From: a virus
DNA length: 64,000 nucleotides
Virus record (IMG/VR): IMGVR_UViG_3300031951_000022
Coordinates: 1 to 64,000 of that record
Reading direction: 5' to 3' (one strand)
Part shown: one piece after another, positions 55,930-64,000 of the stretch
How the letters are laid out: every line of letters begins with the position of its first letter
Numbering within the stretch: position 1 is the first letter of the stretch
The notes under the pieces: model-generated
What the model saw: only the letters and a program-made list of their open reading frames with translations
What the model was told of the DNA's origin: nothing
The model's database searches: none
Made by a program: the position numbers and the translations under genes

Positions 55930-56541
55930 TTAGGCATACTCTGGTTCCTCATGTTGACCACAACAGGCTTCACAGTTACAGTATGTGTTCTCCGAACCCT
56001 CCCAACAAACTTCGGGCCAATCACTTTCGTCAACTGGTGTTAAACTTTCTCGCCCAAAATCAATAACCACCAATACTTTTTCTTTACCTCTTTTAACATA
56101 TCCTAAATTATTCTCATGGGCATCAGTATAAGAGATACCATTATCCTCCATGTCGTTCAACAAATCTTGTATAGCATAATAATTAGAACACAAATCATTA
56201 CAGGCACAATCTCCATCACAATCCATAACGTCTTTACAGACATAAGGCTTTGCAATTTCGGTCAAATATCCCCAGTCGCTCAATACCATTTCCGTAACTG
56301 TAATCATCTCACCCTTGTCATTCTGCTTAACAAAATAATTAGGTATTCTAATCCTACAAACAGGACTATAAACCCTTGGGGCCATATATGGAGCTAAATG
56401 ATCCTGAACAGCATGAGCAAAAGAGGCCAAGCTTTTATTAGGAAAACTTTTGAAGCCATAGCTTTTACCTTTTACCTTATAAAAAGCATTTTGGCTACCA
56501 GCGTCTTGATATTTTCCAACATAACTATATTTAGTAGGCAT
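55930..56541 (-). CDS. minimal protein-kinase-like fold protein
   Basis: DAGSQ, GFKSF, MAPRVY, DAHENNLG, VIDFG; paralogue of 12323-12877. Confidence 0.6.
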   Translation of the reverse strand: MPTKYSYVGKYQDAGSQNAFYKVKGKSYGFKSFPNKSLASFAHAVQDHLAPYMAPRVYSPVCRIRIPNYFVKQNDKGEMITVTEMVLSDWGYLTEIAKPYVCKDVMDCDGDCACNDLCSNYYAIQDLLNDMEDNGISYTDAHENNLGYVKRGKEKVLVVIDFGRESLTPVDESDWPEVCWEGSENTYCNCEACCGQHEEPEYA

Positions 56542-56550
56542 GATATTCTC

Positions 56551-57264
56551 TTAGTGGGAGGGAAACAAGACATTAGCCAAACCACGCGGACACAAATCAC
56601 AATGTACACTATTTTTGGTTTTGGTGCAAGTCACGACACCTCGACCACGACGGATTTCTGGACAAGTAATAAACTTCTCACCCTCCAACACAACCAGCTT
56701 CGGCAGTGCTGCTCTCCATGCGTCGGCTTTAGCCTTACTGCGAGGACGCTTGGGAGCGATTTTAGTATCACTATCGCACCATGCAAAAAGTTTGAAACCA
56801 GCCTCTTTCGCTTGTTTCATATCTTCGCCATCGTGGATACTAGCATACATATTTATGTACTTGCCAAGTTCAGTAGACAGCCGAGTATCATAGATATGGG
56901 TATAAGCCCACATGGTCGGCAGACTACCACCACTAGCAAGAATACTCTCACAAGCCCACAATACATTATTGACATATTCATTGTCGAGTTGACCGTCTTT
57001 AAAAAAGTCGCCACGTTCATGCCAGCGAACATCTTTATTTTTCTTGACAGCATCTACGAGCATCGCACGGATACGATTTTTTTCCGTGATAAGATTTTGC
57101 ATAGCAGCAGGACGAACACCGGGATAGATATTTTCCAAATCCTCAGCATAGCATCCGTTCCCGAGAAAATCACAATCGGGAGGACAAGTATCGCCAACAG
57201 GACGACTCACTACGATACAGTTTTCCTTACCCAACTTATCGTTACCATTTGCCGTTTTCATCAT
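56551..57264 (-). CDS. Cys-rich putative Fe-S protein (gp88-like)
   Basis: GNDKLG, TCPPDC...CYA, VRWHERGDF, WAYTH, C-terminal CP..C..CDLC. Confidence 0.65.
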   Translation of the reverse strand: MMKTANGNDKLGKENCIVVSRPVGDTCPPDCDFLGNGCYAEDLENIYPGVRPAAMQNLITEKNRIRAMLVDAVKKNKDVRWHERGDFFKDGQLDNEYVNNVLWACESILASGGSLPTMWAYTHIYDTRLSTELGKYINMYASIHDGEDMKQAKEAGFKLFAWCDSDTKIAPKRPRSKAKADAWRAALPKLVVLEGEKFITCPEIRRGRGVVTCTKTKNSVHCDLCPRGLANVLFPSH

Positions 57265-57481
57265 GCTTCTCCTAGCGTGTCTCTCGATTCTACACTATAT
57301 GATCGACAAGTCAAGAGAGAAACTTTAGCAGAGAAAAATTTAAGCGTAAGTCGTTGTGTGGCAAGCACTTACGTCAAGGCCGGCCGCCCGGATTTGCCCT
57401 AAGTCCTTATGCGTAAAGAACTTAGGAGAAGCTCACAAGCTTTTAAGAATTGTTCGGTAGCTTCTGCGTGATTATTCATAA

Positions 57482-57553
57482 TAGCCCCAAGAGGAATCGA
57501 ACCTCTAATCACTGCTTAGAAGGCAGTTGTTATGTCCATTTAACTATGGGGCC
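57482..57553 (-). tRNA. tRNA-Arg(UCU)
   Basis: ACTGC-CT-TCT-AA-GCAGT. Confidence 0.95.
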
Positions 57554-58158
57554 ATAATACCGATAGCCGCCAGTATTACCAGCGGCGTATCGGATTATTA
57601 TAGCACAGGTGCTAGGTTCAGGCAACAGCCTCAACTTCCTCAATCTTACTGGTCTTAGCCTTGTGACCGTCACCGGCATCCTTCACACTGATACCAAAAA
57701 TCCGACTACGAGCAACCTTCCAACCCTGCTCCGAATAGTCCTTGATACCCTGAGCCTTTACCACCACCGGAGTCTCATCCGGCAGAGCATCGGCCAGAGC
57801 CGAACTGATCGTCTGCTCTACAACCTCATGGTCAAGAACTTCGCTGGCAACAGCAACCTCAAAACGATAAACGTGCATAATATAAACCCTTTCCAAAAGT
57901 GTTATCGAACCAAGTAAACCAATTCTACCTAATGAATCATCACTTGTCAAGGGCTAGGTTGAACATTATTTGTTGCGATCAACCAGCGTCTTGTCGTGTG
58001 ATGCTATCATTCTACAATAAGTATCGACACTGTCAAGTCCATTCGTGAATCATTTTTTCAGATTTGCGAAATTTGCTCTAAACCGTTGCAGCATAAGCAC
58101 TTACGTCGAATCCGGCCCCGCGGCCTCGCCCTAAGTTCTTTAGGAGCAAGGCTTTAGG

Positions 58159-58530
58159 TCAAGAAAGAAAACCCTCACAACCCAAGTCCCTCATTTCACG
58201 AAGAAGAAAAAGAGCCTTTTCAGGAGTATTCAGAGTGATGCTCTGCTTGGCATTTGGATTACCAGCAACATGCCTATCGCCCTGAAATCCACCAGTAAAA
58301 ACATCGGTCCAATCCTTGCTCTCTTTCAATCCCCAGCCAGTAGCGGCACGAATAGCCTTAATGCAAGGGATTCGGTTGTCAAGAGTCATACCACCAGTAA
58401 TGGTAACGGTCTTGTTCTGGTTCACACCAAGAGCAACCTCAAAAGCGGTTACGATCCGCTCATAGATTTCCAGATTGCAGTTCGTCGCAAGATTCATAGC
58501 CTCACGAACACTCAGTTCCAACTTAATCAT
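58159..58530 (-). CDS. ribosomal protein bL12 C-terminal-domain-like protein
   Basis: NRIPCIKAIRAATGWGLKESKDWTD...EKALFLLREMRDLG; likely start MIKLELSV. Confidence 0.65.
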   Translation of the reverse strand: MIKLELSVREAMNLATNCNLEIYERIVTAFEVALGVNQNKTVTITGGMTLDNRIPCIKAIRAATGWGLKESKDWTDVFTGGFQGDRHVAGNPNAKQSITLNTPEKALFLLREMRDLGCEGFLS

Positions 58531-59005
58531 ATATTCCAAAACTTTCTGTATATTTAGGTTCGATCTCGTAAATACCGTCAAAATTTCCATTTCGTTCTTC
58601 TAGGACATATACCTGTTTACCACCAGTAATCAAGGTATCATATTCACTATTGTCCCAAATAAACTCATTGTTATCGCTTTCTCGTCGCCAGTGTGGGTCA
58701 CGAAGTGGATTATAATACAGCTTTTCCAGATTGTCAACAGGCAAAATCGGATAAAAACTTTTTCTCAACATAAATTCTTCACATCTTACCCATCCACTCA
58801 CATCATGCACACCAGCCTCAAATACCTGTTTAGCCTTATTGGGTCTATTCCACAGTTTACAACCCCGCATTTCTAACTGATACTCAGCAGGGTCATAATA
58901 GTACACATCGACAGTTTTACCGCCTTGCTTCACTTTCACTTGCCAAAACTTATAGTTTGGCCCATTACTAAGGTGAAATCTAACTTCTGCATGAAGATTT
59001 TTCAT
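58523..59005 (-). CDS. hypothetical phage protein
   Basis: VRFHL..G.NY..WQVK; YYNP.RDPHW. Confidence 0.6.
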   Translation of the reverse strand: MKNLHAEVRFHLSNGPNYKFWQVKVKQGGKTVDVYYYDPAEYQLEMRGCKLWNRPNKAKQVFEAGVHDVSGWVRCEEFMLRKSFYPILPVDNLEKLYYNPLRDPHWRRESDNNEFIWDNSEYDTLITGGKQVYVLEERNGNFDGIYEIEPKYTESFGIYD

Positions 59006-59070
59006 TGTCCATCACTTTATTGGTGTATACTGTAGTATAGTGCTTACCATCTTATCACAAGGAAAACCAT

Positions 59071-59535
59071 ATGTCAATACCAGAAACGAAAGTCTGTGCA
59101 AAATGCAAGATAGAAAAATCGGCTAATGAATATAGTATAGTTAAAACAAAAAGAGGTAAATATAATCCTCATTTAAGTAGCCGTTGTAAATTATGCAGAG
59201 CGGAGGACCAAACCAAACACCGCAAACCATACGATTCAGATTATGCTCTATCTTGGAAGTCTAAAAATCCGGATAAAGTTAAACAATACCAAAAAGATAT
59301 CTATCAAAAAAGAAAGTTACGTTGGGAAAACTTTATGAAAACACAAAAATGTAGTAGATGCGGCATATCTGATTATCGAGTCTTACAATGGCATCATATT
59401 GATCCATCAACTAAAACTATGACAATAGGCGCCCAAGCAAGACAAGGAAAATGGAATCAAATCATGGAAGAAGTCAAAAAATGTATTTGCGTCTGTGCTA
59501 ATTGTCATTTTATTCTTCATTCTGAAGAAAATTAA
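59071..59535 (+). CDS. HNH endonuclease
   Basis: CSRCG..VLQWHHIDP..K...E..KC..VCANCH..LH. Confidence 0.85.
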   Translation: MSIPETKVCAKCKIEKSANEYSIVKTKRGKYNPHLSSRCKLCRAEDQTKHRKPYDSDYALSWKSKNPDKVKQYQKDIYQKRKLRWENFMKTQKCSRCGISDYRVLQWHHIDPSTKTMTIGAQARQGKWNQIMEEVKKCICVCANCHFILHSEEN

Positions 59536-59760
59536 TTATTTCCTACTTTTAGGATTATCAACAGCCTCTGCTAACTTTTCCCACAGATCCTCTACCAGTT
59601 GTTGATTACAGTCAACAGCTCTAAAAGGAACGTAATAAATAGCGTCCAAAAACTCATTGACAAGTTGTTTTAGTTCTTGGAGTTCAATACTTTCAGTTTT
59701 CATCTTTCTCTCCTTTGTCACCATTATACCATTCTTTATCGGTAAGTCAAGTACCACCAC

Positions 59761-60352
59761 ACTGATAGTTTTACGAAGAATACGTGGTACTGTATTGTCT
59801 TCAACCTCAAGGTTTTACCTTATCTAAGGAAACTATCAGCAGAGTTGTAACCAGCGGAACTTTTTACGCCCCAGTTCCTATAACCCACCAATACCCCGAT
59901 ATTATGAACCCTTGGAGCAAGGTAAACACTGGTGGAAACCGCCCACGGAAACCTCCCTGTAACCGGATGAACTGCTAGCATCATGTTCCGGTTAGTCTGG
60001 CTCTTGGTGACGGTTACTGGTTGTATTGTATATGGCAACGTTTTTAGCCTATCACAGAGGATGGGAAGGGCGAACGTTTTTAATCCTAACCTATTATCTA
60101 GGAACCATAATAATCATCGTGGTGAGGATGCCATCCCCCATAGATTGGTACTTCTATCTAACGTATAACTCCGTTAGCAACCCCACGCTGCATAACAGCC
60201 GTAGGTTTATCGAAATAGGTTATCCCAATCTAGTCCCGCCGCATGGACCCACGAAAGTTTGTCATAGTACGCTAGGTTTAGTGCTGCTTCTCTATCCTAG
60301 CACGGCTTAGTATGATGTTATCTCTGGCACTTAACCGCTATGTTTGTATTGT
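59761..60352 (-). ncRNA. candidate large structured non-coding RNA (~590 nt)
   Basis: Dedicated promoter at 60359-60386, no credible ORF, elevated GC, many nested stems. Confidence 0.6.
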
Positions 60353-60427
60353 GTCACCAATATAGCATACGTTCTTGGTTTGTCAAGCGTACAACACCGA
60401 ATGAATCGGATTTTCGTTGGTGACTAG

Positions 60428-60529
60428 GGGCGAAGGGTGGAATCGAACCACCTCATGGGCATTTGCTTGCCTACTCCACTGGTCAGTGTCTCGGAACTTC
60501 CCACACGCTACCATTACGCTACATTCGCC
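60428..60529 (-). ncRNA. tRNA-like RNA with expanded anticodon arm
   Basis: Acceptor GGCGAA(T)G/CTTCGCC, D-arm GCGT-AATGGTA-GCGT, T-arm GGTGG-TTCGATT-CCACC; promoter at 60545-60572. Confidence 0.6.
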
Positions 60530-60589
60530 ATGTCTTACTCTATCATTCTACACTCTATTATCGGCTTGTCAAGAGGGTTTCTTGAATTT

Positions 60590-63500
60590 TTAGTTGGCAG
60601 ACGGAGACAAAACCTTTTCGGCCGTTTCCACAATATAATTCATCATCACCTTTTGCAAAACCTTTTCTGCCAAAAAAATAGCATTAGCCTTATCCATATT
60701 ACCCACACCTTGCATTTGAGCAATACTTACCACAGTTCCAGTAAACTCCATAATTTCTGCCAGAACCATATCGCTTTTAGTTGGTACAGCAATCATGATT
60801 TTCTCCTCTATTAGGATTCTACACTATGAATTAATGCTTGTCAAGGGTACGCAAATCTCGCTGACTAAATCCACCCAAGCCGAATCCGTAGGATTAGGAG
60901 AGACTAGCAATCCGCTCTAGCCAAATGTCTTTACCATATTTTTCGCTAGCTTTCCTAGTCGCGTCAGTTTCGCTAAACGATACAACATAACCCACAAAGC
61001 GATTATGCTGAAAAACACGCCAAGTGTAACCGGCATAGCAGTTCATGGTTTTCATACCCTGATTCTACAGTATTATCGGCATTTGTCAATAGGAGTCTTT
61101 AATTTGTCGTAAGTTGTTGTGGAGCAAAGAGTTACGACGAATCCGGCCCGCCGCCCTAGTCCTAAGTGCTGCCGTAGCAACGACTTAGGAGAAGGGTTTT
61201 TGGTTTTAGTGTACTAGTGTTCAGAGCATAGCCGCAACTGCATTGCGGAAGAGTCGGTTGGTGAACACACACCTACGCACGTTCTTAGTACGCTCTGCAT
61301 AGAAGTTGCGAATACTACCGTCAACCATTTCACACGTTACAAGATGCTTAGTACGCTTGAAATTAGGATCATTAACACGGTAATTACTACGAGCATTAAG
61401 CCTCTTAATCTGGTAGTCATCCATAGTATAAACAGGCTCAATAACCCTAGCAAGAATACGCTCAGGCTCACCATGATAAGGCTGCTCATATTCAAAGTTA
61501 TAAACTTCTCCAACCTTAGCATTGGTAAGCGAACCATGTACGCCACGAACAATATTATACGCCAGAGCAAGCAAAGCAATGACACCAACCACACCAGCAC
61601 CAATCATCACAATCGTTTCATTCGACATAAAAACCCTTTCTTTAGAAGACAAACCCTCAATGACTCAAGTCTATACCATATATCGGCAGTTGTCAAGCGT
61701 GAACTTTACCAAAATTCTCAACCCAAAATTCTTGCATTTCATACAGGTTGACGCCCGTATCATGCCAAGAAATTCGGTCAGGAGTTTCGATACCAATCTT
61801 TCCATGCTTGCAAACCTCACGAATTTCATTCTTGAAAGTGTCGTAAGAATCACACTGGGCCGCAAATCTATTTAGACCTTCATCATTTGATATCCACAAA
61901 CAGACATTCCATGTGGCATAATTAGCATAACCGTTGTAAGTGCCATCAGGACTCATGATTAACCCTTTCGTTAGGTGACACCCTAAGCATACCATATAGA
62001 TCGGCTAATGCAAGGGCTAATCTTGAAAAAATTTTTTTAGACGTAAATCCTTGTGGCATAAGTACTTACGTCGAGCTGGGCGGCGCGGCCTCGCCCTAAG
62101 TCCTTTAGTGGCAAGGCTTTACGCTCAATTTCACTCAAAGTCTACGAAAATTACTTGATTGTAACCCCGCGGCTTAATAGTGAGACTGTCACCATAATCG
62201 TAAGTATCACTCTTAACGCCAGTCATACCAGCCGCAAGCTTAGCCTTTCGCACAATATTACGTTGTGATGCCTCAGAGTTAATAGCAAACTCATAACGGT
62301 TAGCCCAAGAGTAATTAGCTTCACCACCAAAAGTATCGGTCTGCGTAACGGTAACCTTCATCATCTTATTATTCCTATTAGAGAAAAAAGTATCGATCCA
62401 ATTTTTAATGTCTTTACTCATTCACCTCCATAATAGTCTTCATACATTGGGGTGTCATCCCCGTAATATCCATAGTCTTCATCTGTACCCCAACCAACAG
62501 ACTCCATAGCCGAATCGTGGTCGCCATCCATGCTATCATCATACTCATCTGCGTCATCCATAGCCCTATCTGTCCACCAATTTTCATCCTCATGACCATC
62601 ATACAGGTACTCGGCAAAAAGAATATCGCTAGGATCATGCTCAACAATCATATCATCATCCTCGTAAGAGTTATCGGGATCGAAAAGGGGGTCAGGGTGA
62701 CTCATGACTTTCTCCTATTTAAGAAACATACCATACTTCGCCGTTCTCGTCAACCATCTCTTGCGGCTCTGGATACATTTCTTCCCAAAGCCCCGTCACT
62801 TCCGCATAGTCGAAAGGATCGCAGTTCGGTTCGTCAATCGGCTCGACCATACCCTCGTCAACCATTCCGTTCAGGATCGCGTTGATTTCATCAAAATCGT
62901 TCAGCATGATCTTTCTCCCTTGTGATGCTTTCATTCTACAGTATTTATCGACCAATGCAAGCGAAATCTTTGGAAAAAAGAAAATATAATTCCATGCCAA
63001 ATGAAGAAAATTCTTTCGGCACAGCATTTGCGTTGAAACTCGCCCTAAGTGCTTACGCCACAACAACTTACGTCAAGCCGGGCGGGCCGCGTTCGCCCTA
63101 AGTCCTTATGCTGCAAGCACTTAGGTTAAGAATTAACTTCATTTCTTTCTTGCAGGAAAAACCAAATTAGACAATAATGATACTATCTCTTCATTAACAA
63201 AGCCAATAATAAATGCCACAAATACCCACACCCAGTTTATATCGTCTAACATCTGTGTAAGCCTTTAGTTTAGAAGTACAGCAAAAATCAGACCGAAAGC
63301 AAAAGCCATGCCGAATATAATAAATTCCTTACGCATATTACCTTTTCTTCCTAATAGGATAAACCAGATCAGCCACCACCCACGAACTACCCACACCAAT
63401 TATAAAACCAAGGCCCATCCATAGCCATTCTACATTTAGATTATCTAACATCCATGTATTCCTTTGTTTTAGAGCTTATCCCCCATATCTAAAATAGCCA

Positions 63501-63985
63501 GAGCAATACCGCCCACAACTATAATAGAAAACATATACAATAAAAAGGTCAAAATTATCATGATACCACCATCCTATCCTCAAACTCTGTACCATCCTGC
63601 AAGTACCATTCATGCTTTTTCTGATAAACTTTAACAGAAGAATACTGATTAATACGCTTTTTAGTAGTAACAGTCCGCTGGCGGGACAGGTAGCAACATC
63701 CAGTGAGTGATAACTTGATCAGTTTTGCCCCATTTAGTATTTCCATTTTCTTTTCCTTTGTGATAGCTGTCGAGCATATTACTTCTCCACGTAATTGGTA
63801 AGTTCGTTCTGATTGAAGATACCATGCTGGCCGTTTTCGTCAACAACAAAAAACATAATCAAAGGCTGTCCGCTATGCGGAAGCATCCCTGTCTTTTGGA
63901 TAATCACATCAAAACTTTTAACGGTTACTTTTTTACCGCTGGGGGTGGTGGCGTGAATCGTAATATCAGTGGTCGAAGGATTCAT
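60590..63985 (-). other. probable early region: small ORFs, most units with their own sigma70-like promoter
   Basis: Promoters at 61062-61089, 61668-61696 and others; ORFs 60590-60796, 61221-61652, 61693-61995, 62131-62421, 62418-62705, 62719-62907. Confidence 0.65.
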
Positions 63986-64000
63986 TTTATCTCTTTCTAT

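Noticed and set aside
51711-57402. Long plus-strand ORFs 51711-52586 and 56398-57402
   Set aside because: Antisense to well-supported DUF932, kinase-like and gp88-like genes.
59761-60352. Group I intron, or ORFs 59784-59978, 59820-60038, 59983-60168 and 60026-60310
   Set aside because: No interrupted host gene or recognisable P7 core; the short ORFs overlap on both strands with no evident SD or motifs.
51422-63125. CRISPR array or integron attC interpretation of the 82-bp modules
   Set aside because: Copies are 0.7-3 kb apart and internally divergent, lack GTTRRRY/RYYYAAC ends, and no cas or integrase gene is in the window.
1-64000. Genome-wide stop-codon reassignment
   Set aside because: Conserved genes are intact in the standard code and TAA, TAG and TGA all end genes; no suppressor tRNA was seen; the TAG at 27251 also needs a frame change, so readthrough cannot explain it.

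Overview
A 64-kb slice of a large AT-rich dsDNA bacteriophage genome, almost entirely coded on the minus strand; the host cannot be determined from this window. From left to right: (i) a GC-rich beta-helix repeat gene running off the left edge, plus probable structural genes; (ii) a repair, recombination and nucleotide block (trypsin-like protease, AlkB, thioredoxin, RuvB plus a Zn-ribbon/RuvA-III-like partner, rIIA/rIIB, glycosylase, DNA ligase, endonuclease VII, deaminase, UvsE, ThyX) with a one-piece tmRNA; (iii) about 20 kb of small, often paralogous ORFs, including an Rnl2-type RNA ligase and HAD, ASCH and STAS-like proteins; (iv) a probable early region with a tRNA cluster, many sigma70-like promoters and two families of dispersed repeats. 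Most notable finding: a metallophosphoesterase gene is interrupted by a 22-nt element with the hallmarks of the T4 gene 60 ribosomal bypass (GGU-UAG-CC-UUCG-GG-CUA hairpin, matched landing GGU). It sits next to an HNH endonuclease that appears to have inserted at the same motif and left an orphan copy of the gene's first 12 codons. Other highlights are a promoter-driven ~590-nt structured non-coding RNA, three tRNA mimics lacking a normal anticodon arm, tRNA-Ser(ACU) and tRNA-Ile(UAU), and eight copies of an 82-bp double-palindrome module with invariant spacing. All calls are by-eye motif recognition; no database searches were run.
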